From a virus, in the IMG/VR virus record IMGVR_UViG_2077657010_000001, positions 34,323-98,322 of that record: a stretch of 64,000 bases of DNA; one strand, 5' to 3'. Of the stretch, positions 38,543 to 48,520 are shown piece after piece. Under the pieces are notes generated by a model that was not told where the DNA came from, did not search any database, and saw nothing but the letters and a program-made list of their open reading frames with translations. Every line of letters starts with the position of its first letter. Position 1 is the stretch's first letter. Both the position numbers and the translations under genes were made by a program.

Positions 38543-41500
38543 ATGTTATTACTTAAACAGTTTAACCGCAAGAATACCATTCGTCGTGTTGAACAATACG
38601 GCAACCCAAAAGTATCGAAATTTGCAGAGCTAGAGCTGCCTAAAGGTAGTATTCTCCACTATGTACCTATGCACGGTTATACTGAACTGGCACCGGCACA
38701 AACCATGCCAATGTTTGAGAATGCGCCTAAAGCGGTTCAGGTAAACCACATCACTGAAATGGAGATGCATGGTACCATAGGTCGACCACGTCGTGATAAT
38801 ACAGGTGTTGACCGTGAAATCATCCGTTATCACCGCATTAATAAGAAGATGCGTCGGATGCACAAAGAAACATTGGTGGAGCGAGACGACCGTACACTCT
38901 TGGTTGAGAACTATGCACCGTTAGGTAAAGCATACCGTTATCCACAGACGCTGACATCTTTCTACGACCGTTGGCATAACCTGACATTGACGATGATGCG
39001 TCAAATTACACGCGATGCTAATAAGTATAGCCGTCAGAACTATTTTATCATTGACCTTGCGGACTTCTTACCCTCTCGGACTAAGTTTGATTCGGCTACA
39101 CGTCGACGTGATGCCAGTTCGCTAGAGGCCTTTACTGAGCCAGCCAATTTGTTCTTGTTAGACATCTGGACATGGTTAGGTAAGTATCGTGATAAATCAT
39201 TGTTGTCGTGGATTGATTCACCTTTACTTAGCAAGGTCAATATCATTATTCAGTACAATGGTAAGTTCGTTAACTTAAACTTGGGCGAGTTAGACTTTTG
39301 GCGTGACGGTGAAGAAGACAAGGGCCGTATTAAGCCAAGAGATATGCAGTACCGTTTTTATGAAACGATCATTACTTTAGCAAAAGCCACTATACCAGAA
39401 GAAGAGGGTGGGGAAGAAGCTGAAGAAGAGACGGCACTTGTCCAAGTTGATCGTAGTGATGTTGACGAAGACCCAGGTGAAATCGACTTTGACGCAGATG
39501 TTGAAGACACATTCGATCCGTCACAGTCAGCTGTTGAAGATGACGAAGACTTCGAAATCCTCGCCACGGAAGACACAACAACTGAGAGCAGTCTCGATGA
39601 GGGAATTGCTGTTGATGAAGGTGTTGATGTGGCCTGTCAAAAATACATTGATGCCGGTGTGTTGACCACGAAAGAATATCAACGTATGCAAAACCTATCT
39701 GCTAAATACAAAGATATCCCTAACCCATTCGGCGAGGGTACATTAGCAGACATGGTTGAGGTCACGCCTGAAGAAGTCAAATTAGAGGAGACACAGCTGT
39801 TTGAAGATGACACTGTCATTGATCAATCTATTTTGAAGTCAACGACGGTAGGCTTCAATAAGAAGTACACGGAAAATGTCTTACCAAAAGATATTGTTTC
39901 TAGCGTTGTCTCCTTACAGCGTGCTGGTGTTGCTATCGATGATTACAAAGTTGACACTGTTGTCGATGCGGCCAATAAACATTTGGTGCACTCGTTACGT
40001 CTTATCCCTGTCAAGGGTCGACCCACGACTGTCCGATTTACTACACCGCTGGTTGACGAAGATGGTTGTTGGGTAGCCAATGACGTTAAGACGACCATGA
40101 AGAAGCAACGTGTCGATATACCTATTAGGAAGACTGGGCCGGACACGGTGGCACTCACCACGTTCTACGGTAAGAACTTCATTCGTCGCTGTGAAAAAGC
40201 AACCTACAATCGAACACGTTGGGTTACCAACCAGATTGTAAGTGCAGGTATCAATGACGACATCGCTATCAATGATGTGAAGACGGGTAATGTTTTCAAT
40301 CCAGCGGTGTATGCGCCAAGGGACTACACCACAGTGGCCAGTCGTGTGAGTAGTTTCCGAAGTGGTCGGTATATCTATTACTTTAATATTGACAAGGTGG
40401 ATGAAAACTTTGGTGCGGATGTCGTTAAGAAACTGCGCAAGCAAAAGTTAACACCGGTTGCTATTTCTAAGAACGATGTATTCGCAATGGATGAATATTC
40501 GATGATGTATCGAGTAATGGATACTGGCATTGAACAGATTGGCACGTTGCTTGAAGTGATTGGTATTCCAACTGAGAAAGAGCCGCGTGAATACGTCGAG
40601 TTATCCATGATGGGGGATAACATACCGCTAGGTGTTATCATGGCTTACTATATTGGTCTTGAGCCGTTATTGAAACAACTCAACGTGGACTACACCACGT
40701 TAGAGGCCAATGAGCGTGTACCTAAAGGTTCCGGTGACTTAACCATCAAGATGAAGGATGCGAAGTACGTTATCAACTATGATAACCATCAGCAAGCCAC
40801 CATCTTGAACGGGTTCATCCCCTATCTTAAAATCATGCGTGACTTCACACAACGTGACTTCGATAAACGGGATGTGTACCTGAATATCATCCAAAAGGAT
40901 GGTCTGGGTATTCGTTACCTCAATGAGTTAGATCTGATGGAAGCGTTATACGTTGACCCTATCAGTGAGCGTATCTTACAAGGTATGGGTGAACCCACAC
41001 ACTTCAAAGGTCTGATTCGTCGCGCCAATGAGATGTTAGCCAACGATATGCACAAAGATGAGGTGGATTTATCTGAGCAACACTTTTATGGACATCAACG
41101 TATTGCCGGGGCAGTTTATACGACCATGGTACGCGGCTTACGTAATTACAACAACAAGCCTGGCAGTAACAAGAAAATTGATATCCCTAATAGCGAAGTA
41201 TGGCGAGCAATCAGTGAGGATGCGACAACCATGCCTGCGGCAGGGGCTAACCCCATCCAATCTGTAAAAGAAAACGATGTGACGACATTCGGTGGTACGG
41301 GTGGTCGCTCTAATCGTTCGCTCGTTAAACGTACACGTCGTTATGATAAGTCTAATTTGGGCATTGTCTCTGGCGATACGGCAGACAGTGGTGATGCTGG
41401 TGCGGTTGCTCAGCTATCACTCAATCCTAAAATCACATCGTTGGATGGTATGGTTGAAACCAATGATGTTAAAGCTTTAGAGCCTGCCAATGTGTACTCA

Positions 41501-42679
41501 CTGCCCGTGATGCTTGCACCCGGTGCAATGTATGATGATGATAAGCGTAAAAACTTTATCGGAATACAACATGGCTCAGCCACTGCAGCAGATGGATACG
41601 TTGCCCCATCTTACCGTACTGGTGTGGAGAAGATTGTTGCACACCGCACAAATAGCGAGAATGCCTCCATCGCAGAAGCCGAAGGTACGGTTAAAGAGGT
41701 GAGTGAATTCGGCATTACGGTGGAATACAACACTGACCCAGTTAAGACTGAGACATACCAACTCGGTCGGTTGTATGGTAAATACGAAGGGGGTGTGTAT
41801 CCAAACCAAAAGGTGGCTAACTTCAAGGCGGGTGACAAGTTCAGTAAGGGTGCAGTACTTGCATACAACGATAAGTTCTTTGTCCCTGATGAGTTTAACC
41901 CTGAGCAGGTCAATTGGAAATTAGGTGTATATGCCACAGTTGCACTGCTTGAAGGTGTTGATACGCTGGAGGATTCCAGTGCAATCAGTAAAAACCTATC
42001 AGTTGCCTTGACGTCTGAAACTACCAAGATAAAAAACATCACAGTTGGTTTTAACCAAGCTGTGCATGACTTGGTTAAGATGGGCAGTTACCTAGAGTCG
42101 GATGATGAGCTTTGTGTGATTGAAAACGAACTCACTGCGGGTGATGATAAATTCAACGATGAGTCGCTAGATACATTGCGGAAGATATCGTCGCAGGTAC
42201 CACGATCTTCTAGTGGTGGTCGCGTAGAGCGTATTGAAGTTTTCTATAATGGGGATATTGAAGACATGTCGCCATCTATTGCTGAGATAGCAAAAGCGGG
42301 TGATCGCCGACGTAAGCGTGAGGCTAAACATAGTCAAGGTCTTAACGCTGAGACGGGTAGAATTGACTCGACCTTTAAGGTTGATGGTAATCCTGTAGAA
42401 ATGGACACTATGGTGATCCGTGTTTACACCACCAAGAAAACACCGGCTATTGGCGGCGATAAAGCTGTTTTTGCTAACCAAATGAAAACAACTTTCCGTC
42501 GTGTGATGACTGGCGTTAACCGTACAGATGGCGGTTTGGAATTAGACGCCATCTTCGGTCGTGTCTCCATCGACAACCGTATCGTACTCAGCGTGTATCG
42601 TATCGGTACGACTGTACTGCTGTGTGAACTTATTTCTGAAAAAGCACGTGAAATCTACGGGTTAGATGAAGCGGCTTAA
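38543..42679 (+). CDS. Virion RNA polymerase beta subunit, large N-terminal part (phiKZ gp178-like)
   Basis: 1378 aa; GGTGGRS, DDDKRKNFIGIQ, EDSSAIS, GGDKAVFANQMK RpoB-like motifs; adjacent to beta'. Confidence 0.92.
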   Translation: MLLLKQFNRKNTIRRVEQYGNPKVSKFAELELPKGSILHYVPMHGYTELAPAQTMPMFENAPKAVQVNHITEMEMHGTIGRPRRDNTGVDREIIRYHRINKKMRRMHKETLVERDDRTLLVENYAPLGKAYRYPQTLTSFYDRWHNLTLTMMRQITRDANKYSRQNYFIIDLADFLPSRTKFDSATRRRDASSLEAFTEPANLFLLDIWTWLGKYRDKSLLSWIDSPLLSKVNIIIQYNGKFVNLNLGELDFWRDGEEDKGRIKPRDMQYRFYETIITLAKATIPEEEGGEEAEEETALVQVDRSDVDEDPGEIDFDADVEDTFDPSQSAVEDDEDFEILATEDTTTESSLDEGIAVDEGVDVACQKYIDAGVLTTKEYQRMQNLSAKYKDIPNPFGEGTLADMVEVTPEEVKLEETQLFEDDTVIDQSILKSTTVGFNKKYTENVLPKDIVSSVVSLQRAGVAIDDYKVDTVVDAANKHLVHSLRLIPVKGRPTTVRFTTPLVDEDGCWVANDVKTTMKKQRVDIPIRKTGPDTVALTTFYGKNFIRRCEKATYNRTRWVTNQIVSAGINDDIAINDVKTGNVFNPAVYAPRDYTTVASRVSSFRSGRYIYYFNIDKVDENFGADVVKKLRKQKLTPVAISKNDVFAMDEYSMMYRVMDTGIEQIGTLLEVIGIPTEKEPREYVELSMMGDNIPLGVIMAYYIGLEPLLKQLNVDYTTLEANERVPKGSGDLTIKMKDAKYVINYDNHQQATILNGFIPYLKIMRDFTQRDFDKRDVYLNIIQKDGLGIRYLNELDLMEALYVDPISERILQGMGEPTHFKGLIRRANEMLANDMHKDEVDLSEQHFYGHQRIAGAVYTTMVRGLRNYNNKPGSNKKIDIPNSEVWRAISEDATTMPAAGANPIQSVKENDVTTFGGTGGRSNRSLVKRTRRYDKSNLGIVSGDTADSGDAGAVAQLSLNPKITSLDGMVETNDVKALEPANVYSLPVMLAPGAMYDDDKRKNFIGIQHGSATAADGYVAPSYRTGVEKIVAHRTNSENASIAEAEGTVKEVSEFGITVEYNTDPVKTETYQLGRLYGKYEGGVYPNQKVANFKAGDKFSKGAVLAYNDKFFVPDEFNPEQVNWKLGVYATVALLEGVDTLEDSSAISKNLSVALTSETTKIKNITVGFNQAVHDLVKMGSYLESDDELCVIENELTAGDDKFNDESLDTLRKISSQVPRSSSGGRVERIEVFYNGDIEDMSPSIAEIAKAGDRRRKREAKHSQGLNAETGRIDSTFKVDGNPVEMDTMVIRVYTTKKTPAIGGDKAVFANQMKTTFRRVMTGVNRTDGGLELDAIFGRVSIDNRIVLSVYRIGTTVLLCELISEKAREIYGLDEAA

Positions 42680-42683
42680 TGAT

Positions 42684-42704
42684 GTGGTGGGTCGCTCCCA
42701 CCAC
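42684..42704 (+). terminator. Intergenic hairpin, possible weak terminator
   Basis: GTGGTGGG-TCGCT-CCCACCAC, no strong T-run. Confidence 0.4.
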
Positions 42705-42733
42705 TATTAACTGAAACTCTGGAGTGTAACGTT

Positions 42734-42946
42734 ATGAATAATGACATGCCTATGGCAATTAAACGCCGTAATGAGGTGGCGTTGGCTAATGCCACAGAAG
42801 TGGGCACACGGGCTATCTTGAAAGTATTGGGTGGTAGTTGTTCTAAAACTATCTCTGGTCAAAGCATCGATCGCGCCACTGCATCCGATGCGATTGCAGC
42901 CCGTATCAATAACAAAGTCGATGACGCATTGCGAGGTCTGAAATGA
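42734..42946 (+). CDS. Small hypothetical protein
   Basis: GGAG RBS; ATGA overlap with next gene. Confidence 0.75.
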   Translation: MNNDMPMAIKRRNEVALANATEVGTRAILKVLGGSCSKTISGQSIDRATASDAIAARINNKVDDALRGLK

Positions 42947-44391
42947 TTTATACGAGTTCTTTTAATGCGACGTTAGTCATCGCTGAACGTCTGCAGGCGG
43001 CGAATGTGTCAATCACCGCGCACCCGTCATCTATCATCGGTAATATGGAAGATGTGGCCTACAGCCCCATCATCGATCAGTACCAAGGTAATGACTTCAT
43101 TGGCGATTATCAAACATCAATCAGTCGTGTCCCTGGACTAGGCCAAAGTGGTGGGTATGAGTTGAACAATGACGGTGAAGTAGAGATGCTTTTCCGCAAT
43201 TCATTGTACTCATCCTCTGCAGATGAAGCCTCCGACATTATCGCTGATTCTGTCAAACGCGCCTTAAACAAAGCACGTAATGTGGTTAGTCCAATCATCC
43301 GCACATCTATTGATTTGGTTAACAGCTATGTTCGTGTTGCAGAAACATCACGCGAACCGTACGATATCAACGATATCAATACACCTAAGCTGTGGGAAAT
43401 GCCTATCGTCATCTCGACGTTGGAAAAATACCAGTCTAAGGTGAGTACACTACGTCAAGGTGAACTTCCAACCATCCCACTGCCAGAAGGTCTTGAAGAA
43501 GCACTCACTACAGGGACATCTGATTTGGATGAGGCGTTTTCCATCTGTTTAAGCCAGACTGGGATGACCATTGGTGATGTATGGGATGAGGTTTTTGGCG
43601 GTAAGCCACGCATTCCGTCTGTAACGTCTCCTATTTATCTTAACCGCAATAAGACACTCATCAAGTTCCTGATGTGTTCTATTTTGCAAAGCGCACCATT
43701 ACCTGGCGTTAAACTGTCTAAGCTCCAATGGGAGTCGGCGATGGTTAAGGCGACTAACCTGTTCGGTGAAGCTTCTCGTTTCTTACTGGAAGAGATTGAA
43801 AATAACCGTAAAAACCGTATGTTAGTCTATGATATCGACCATGCCCAAAAAGTTATTTATGTCAATGGTGACATTTACGACGAGTGGTTAGATGCTGGTG
43901 GTAAGCCGGAAATCCTTATCGGTGCAGCATTGCAAGCGACTGTAAAACCAACGTCTTACTCTTATCAGGTGATGTTGGATAACGCTAGTCAGTATATGCG
44001 TTCGTGGACAAATTACCACGCGTCTATGCGTTCTAAAGATGAGTCTAAGCGTTTGGCTAACTTTAAAGATGGTCTGTACAATGCGTTGGTACGTGCCATT
44101 GATAACACTGACCATGATCACTTTGAAAACAACGTCACCAGTCAAGTGCTTAAAGAGCGAGCTGCGCAGTACACCAACGGTATCACATCAAGCAGCTTAA
44201 TCACCATGGAGACTGCGGTTGTTGATGGTGTTTGTGATGTATTATTCCCACACACGCCTGCAAAAGACATCCTGAAAAATATTGGCAAGTATGTTGATGA
44301 AGGGTATGCGCCTGAAGAAAGTGCTACCTTGGTCATGGTGGACTACATTGCTACATGGATTGCGGACAATATGTTGATCTCAAGAGCATAG
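42943..44391 (+). CDS. Virion head/ejection protein (phiKZ gp177-like by synteny)
   Basis: 482 aa between RNAP beta and the protease cluster. Confidence 0.6.
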   Translation: MIYTSSFNATLVIAERLQAANVSITAHPSSIIGNMEDVAYSPIIDQYQGNDFIGDYQTSISRVPGLGQSGGYELNNDGEVEMLFRNSLYSSSADEASDIIADSVKRALNKARNVVSPIIRTSIDLVNSYVRVAETSREPYDINDINTPKLWEMPIVISTLEKYQSKVSTLRQGELPTIPLPEGLEEALTTGTSDLDEAFSICLSQTGMTIGDVWDEVFGGKPRIPSVTSPIYLNRNKTLIKFLMCSILQSAPLPGVKLSKLQWESAMVKATNLFGEASRFLLEEIENNRKNRMLVYDIDHAQKVIYVNGDIYDEWLDAGGKPEILIGAALQATVKPTSYSYQVMLDNASQYMRSWTNYHASMRSKDESKRLANFKDGLYNALVRAIDNTDHDHFENNVTSQVLKERAAQYTNGITSSSLITMETAVVDGVCDVLFPHTPAKDILKNIGKYVDEGYAPEESATLVMVDYIATWIADNMLISRA

Positions 44392-44398
44392 GGGATTT

Positions 44399-45118
44399 AT
44401 GGATATCAAGAAGTTAGTGCGCCGACCAGAGGCGGTGCATGAGACACTCGTGAATAAAGACCATCAACTCATCACCAAGACAGGGTGTAAGATTCTTGTA
44501 CCTGAAGGTTATGTAGGTAAAGGTCTGGCATCTATTTCTTCGGAAGTCACCACGATTGGTATTTGGATGATGGTCATCAACGACAAGCATTATGCCGTCT
44601 CTATTGCAACTTCTATGATGAACCTGACCCCATCCTCTATTGAGATGGATACGATTGAAGAGGAGGACTTTTACGTCCTCCATTTCGACCCTGGCAGTGT
44701 AGTCATTCGAAATACCGAATTGGTTAAAGATAAGAAAATCGTTAACTACATCATGGACTACTTCACTGACTATGGGCACAGTCCGTGGTTCATTAATTAT
44801 ATCGACCACTCAGAACTATTCGTGGAGTGTCGAGGTTTCAATGACATCACCTTGGTAGAAAGTCAGGCCATGCTAGACATTGTTACGGCACATATCTCAC
44901 GTGACCCTAACGACATCAAGCAATACTACCGCCATACTCTCAAAGATAAGGCGGATATACATAAAAGGCCATTACTGCTACCTTTGCGTGATATTGCCAA
45001 TAACACCACGTCTAACTTAGCAAGGTTAAACGGCTCGGAAATGAAGCGTTCCATTAAAGCGTCCTTGACCAATGAACCAGTACGCGAAGAGCCGCTTGAA
45101 ACAATTATTGCAAGGTAA
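44399..45118 (+). CDS. phiKZ gp176-like protein, probable small virion RNAP subunit
   Basis: 239 aa directly upstream of the protease; C-terminus (LDIVTAHISR..TTSNLARL..IKASL..E) resembles the beta' C-terminal region. Confidence 0.6.
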   Translation: MDIKKLVRRPEAVHETLVNKDHQLITKTGCKILVPEGYVGKGLASISSEVTTIGIWMMVINDKHYAVSIATSMMNLTPSSIEMDTIEEEDFYVLHFDPGSVVIRNTELVKDKKIVNYIMDYFTDYGHSPWFINYIDHSELFVECRGFNDITLVESQAMLDIVTAHISRDPNDIKQYYRHTLKDKADIHKRPLLLPLRDIANNTTSNLARLNGSEMKRSIKASLTNEPVREEPLETIIAR

Positions 45119-45123
45119 AGAAA

Positions 45124-45885
45124 ATGAAAAAGTTAAAATATTCTTGTACGGCACTCGTCGGTACAAATAAAAAAGGGATATTGGAACCTGATGAGCATGG
45201 GTATTATTATCTGTGCTTAGGTGCGATGAATATCCACAATTCTCAAGGTATCTGGTATGACTGGGAAACCAGTAAATCTATCTTGGGTCGTTCGGCGACG
45301 TTCCGGCGTAAGGCTGAAAAAGCTGCACTGATGAGCGAAGAAGAACATCCTGATTGGGAAGCGGGATGGAGTCTTGAACAATATATTAGTCGCATCCGCA
45401 TATTCGATAAAGATCGTGTTTGTGCCTTTATCCGTGATGTTGAGATTGTTCAAGGCGAGAAAGTCGGCGGTGGAAAACACCGCATGTACTTTTACGCATG
45501 GGTTAAACCGTGGGGTGCACGTGGTGAACATCTTAAAGCTGCATTAGATGATCCCCATCAAAATGTTTACTTTAGCCTCCGTGCGCTTTGTGATGATAAC
45601 TGGGTCGGTGGACAGTGTGTTCGTACACTTGTTGAGTTCGTTACCTTTGACTGGGTGTCTGAAGGTGGGCTCCACGTTGCGAGCAAATACCACAGTCCTG
45701 CGCTTGAATCGCACGATATTGATGTACCGGTCAGTGTACTTCAAAATATCGTTGATAAACGTGGTTCGGAGACTCAGTGTATCGGTCTAGAGAGCGAAGA
45801 CTATGACAACATCCAGCGTGTCATTGACTATGCCAAAAATAGCGAGCAGGGTGTTGTTAGTAAGCCTAAATTTTTGAAATGGTAG
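45124..45885 (+). CDS. Prohead (head maturation) serine protease (phiKZ gp175-like)
   Basis: EEEHP, FSLRA, VTFDWVSEGG motifs; C-terminal SPALE/S autocleavage-like site. Confidence 0.88.
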   Translation: MKKLKYSCTALVGTNKKGILEPDEHGYYYLCLGAMNIHNSQGIWYDWETSKSILGRSATFRRKAEKAALMSEEEHPDWEAGWSLEQYISRIRIFDKDRVCAFIRDVEIVQGEKVGGGKHRMYFYAWVKPWGARGEHLKAALDDPHQNVYFSLRALCDDNWVGGQCVRTLVEFVTFDWVSEGGLHVASKYHSPALESHDIDVPVSVLQNIVDKRGSETQCIGLESEDYDNIQRVIDYAKNSEQGVVSKPKFLKW

Positions 45886-45898
45886 TTAGGGGGCAGTT

Positions 45899-46564
45899 TT
45901 GGGAAAAATACATAAGTACCTTGATATGCTTCCGAGTGGGATAAGTCGTGATATAAAAGTAGTGGGTAGTGATACCGACTTTTTACATATCTCGAATGAT
46001 CCCAACATCAAAAAGATGACACCGCGAATCGGCCATCGTCAACTGCTTTCAGAAGATCGTACCATACCACGTGTGTCTGGATGTGCTGACTTAAAAGGCT
46101 GCATCTATGGCCACTCAATGGTATACGCGTCATCTATTGATGGCGTGGATAAAGAAAAAGAGAAAGATTCTGATAAGACATTCTGGTATACAATCTACCG
46201 CATTACTGGGTATGAATTCGTTAAGCCGGGTAAACGTTTGCTACCTGATACTCACATGACGGACGAGTTATGGTTAATTGGGTATACGCCAGAAGCTTAC
46301 GACATCAAACCTGTTAAGGTAGGTATGCTCTTACCAGTAAGGTCTATGTTGGTATCTAACCATGGAAAGCAAGAGTCGTACAATTTGTTCTATCTATATG
46401 TCAAAGATGAACTGACCTTGGACGGTAATGTGTTGAAAAAGGGTTATTACTCATTCACACTCGACGGTGATCTCATCCCACAAGTTGGTGTACATAATGT
46501 GGAAAACCTTAAAACTATATCAAAGGAGACTTGGAAGTCTGCACTAAAAGAGATTGATGGCTAA
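45899..46564 (+). CDS. phiKZ gp174-like virion protein
   Basis: LHIS..PRIG.RQ..SEDRTIPRVS motif; position after the protease. Confidence 0.6.
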   Translation: MGKIHKYLDMLPSGISRDIKVVGSDTDFLHISNDPNIKKMTPRIGHRQLLSEDRTIPRVSGCADLKGCIYGHSMVYASSIDGVDKEKEKDSDKTFWYTIYRITGYEFVKPGKRLLPDTHMTDELWLIGYTPEAYDIKPVKVGMLLPVRSMLVSNHGKQESYNLFYLYVKDELTLDGNVLKKGYYSFTLDGDLIPQVGVHNVENLKTISKETWKSALKEIDG

Positions 46565-46623
46565 AACCGTTAATCGCATTAATGTCACAATGCGCACGTG
46601 TCTATTAATGTGAGGGTATATAC

Positions 46624-46938
46624 ATGCCAAATGTCTATAATCTAAAAATCCCTCCAACACTTTTAAGGTTAGGTACTGCTGCTGTCGAAAGGCTATTCAT
46701 AACCGGCTTACGTCGGCAGATAACCATTGATGATGTACAACACCTGATGGATAAACGCTATCCTGACCGTAAGCGTGCTGCAAACGCCCAAGTGAAGATA
46801 GTATCTGAAGGTGACCTTGCAGTATTCAATATGGACATTGAAAGTCTGTTGGATAAGGGTATCAGTCACAACACAAAGATGTCATTGGCATCATCATACA
46901 CACGCGGGTATTTAACTATCCGGGTTATTGATATATAA
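46624..46938 (+). CDS. Hypothetical protein
   Basis: GAGGG RBS, 104 aa. Confidence 0.7.
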   Translation: MPNVYNLKIPPTLLRLGTAAVERLFITGLRRQITIDDVQHLMDKRYPDRKRAANAQVKIVSEGDLAVFNMDIESLLDKGISHNTKMSLASSYTRGYLTIRVIDI

Positions 46939-46957
46939 CATTTAGTAGGAAGGTAAC

Positions 46958-47479
46958 ATGCTTGTTTTTAATATTGATTCAGACGGTGTAGCGGCTAATT
47001 GGGAAAAGTACATGCTGAATAACCATTTCACAGACATGGAAAATATTCGTGTGTTAAACAAGCACCCTGAACGCCGTAAGCTGATTGCTGAAGTTTATAA
47101 GAAGGACCCGCATGTTTTTCGTAAGCTTGAACCCATCCCACAATTCCGCCAGCTGTTAACGTGGTTAGATGATAATGACGTAAACTTTAGGATTTTAACC
47201 GCTTGTGGTGGCGATCATCCCGATTACGATCTCGTTGCTAAGGACAAGCGTGACTTCTTCATGGAGCATTACGGGATTGAAGCAGATAAAGTCATTGTGA
47301 CCGAAACGTCTGCGGATAAGTCTAACTACGCTGGTAGTGATCAGGTACTCATCGATGACTTCGATATGAACTGTGAAGCGTGGGAAGAAAACGGGGGTAT
47401 TGCAGTTGAAGTTGATCCTAACAACTACGATATCGATAAGCTGCTGTTCGTACTAAATGCCATTGTAGCTGATGAATAA
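46958..47479 (+). CDS. HAD-family 5'(3')-deoxyribonucleotidase (NT5C-like)
   Basis: IDSDGVAANW, ILTA, DK, LIDDF..N.EAW..GG motifs. Confidence 0.85.
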   Translation: MLVFNIDSDGVAANWEKYMLNNHFTDMENIRVLNKHPERRKLIAEVYKKDPHVFRKLEPIPQFRQLLTWLDDNDVNFRILTACGGDHPDYDLVAKDKRDFFMEHYGIEADKVIVTETSADKSNYAGSDQVLIDDFDMNCEAWEENGGIAVEVDPNNYDIDKLLFVLNAIVADE

Positions 47480-47487
47480 TACTGAGA

Positions 47488-47520
47488 CAGGTGTGGGGTA
47501 TATCCTCACACCTGCCTTAT
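47488..47520 (+). terminator. Terminator-like hairpin
   Basis: CAGGTGTGGGG-TATAT-CCTCACACCTG, weak T tail. Confidence 0.55.
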
Positions 47521-47643
47521 ATGCCTCTCAATGGATATGTGTGGTGTTTTAATAGGTATGGTAGTATGGTAGGGCAATTGTTTTATTTTGTGGCTGCATA
47601 CAGCTTTATAGGGATTATATTTATAGGTACCAATGAAACACAT

Positions 47644-47666
47644 TTTGGGTATATTTCATTACCGTG
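47644..47666 (+). promoter_or_regulatory. Putative early promoter motif
   Basis: TTTGG-GTATATTTCAT-TACC-GTG. Confidence 0.55.
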
Positions 47667-47749
47667 ATATGTGGCCATTAAAAATTAACTCGCTGTCACA
47701 TATTTTGAACACACGTTCCATTATTTATATTAGGTATTAAGGATTTAAA

Positions 47750-48175
47750 ATGAGCATTAAGAAATTAGACCTACTAGACGGCATTGATGTTAAGGTAACC
47801 AAGGACAACATGGTTGAACTTAAAAATGGTGATGTCATTCAGAAAGTCTATGATGAAAATGGATTTGACGGAGACCGTCTATCGCTATTGCGAGACATCA
47901 ATAGTGAGGTGTCTAAGAAGCTTACGAGCGTGGCGGGCAAGGCCATGACCACACACCTTCAGGCTGAAGGTAACGAAGACATTGAAGGTTTATCCTTCGA
48001 GCATGAGTTGCCACATGCCGACTTCGGTGTGGCGATTACACGCCCTGCCAAAAAGAAAGGTAAGAAGCTTGACCGTGATGAAGTCAAAGCGAATATCGCA
48101 TCTTATGTCAAGTCTAAGGGTCTTGACTCAACTAACGAGGTACGTGATGAATTAGCGTCGATGTGGGACGACTAA
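47750..48175 (+). CDS. Hypothetical protein
   Basis: TAAGGA RBS, 141 aa, own promoter motif and terminator. Confidence 0.8.
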   Translation: MSIKKLDLLDGIDVKVTKDNMVELKNGDVIQKVYDENGFDGDRLSLLRDINSEVSKKLTSVAGKAMTTHLQAEGNEDIEGLSFEHELPHADFGVAITRPAKKKGKKLDRDEVKANIASYVKSKGLDSTNEVRDELASMWDD

Positions 48176-48194
48176 TCACGGTGTTATGATTAAC

Positions 48195-48229
48195 GATGTA
48201 GTAGGGAAACCCCTACTACATCTTTTTTT
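48195..48229 (+). terminator. Rho-independent terminator
   Basis: GATGTAGTAGGG-AAAC-CCCTACTACATC plus T7. Confidence 0.9.
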
Positions 48230-48251
48230 GTCTTGTTAGATAGGAGCGGTT

Positions 48252-48476
48252 ATGTCATTATCGTACGATTATGGTAAGGATTGGTCTACCTCATCCCAAC
48301 ATGTTGCGGTGCCAGGAGTCTGCTTTGACTGCGGCGGTAAAGGCGTTAAGAAGCCATCCACTATCAGTAGTATTGTTTGGTTAATCATCTCACCACATAG
48401 TGGCTACACAGATTGCTTGTGTGAAGCGTGCATGCAATCACGATTATCATTCGTTGGGTTAACGCCTGACGTGTGA
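48252..48476 (+). CDS. Small Cys-rich (zinc-finger-like) protein
   Basis: AGGAG RBS; CFDC and CLCEAC. Confidence 0.6.
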   Translation: MSLSYDYGKDWSTSSQHVAVPGVCFDCGGKGVKKPSTISSIVWLIISPHSGYTDCLCEACMQSRLSFVGLTPDV

Positions 48477-48488
48477 GGCAAATAAAAT

Positions 48489-48518
48489 GAGGGAGCCGAA
48501 GCTCCCTCTATTTTTTTT
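48489..48518. terminator. Bidirectional terminator
   Basis: GAGGGAGC-CGAA-GCTCCCTC with A-rich and T-rich flanks. Confidence 0.85.
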
Positions 48519-48520
48519 GC

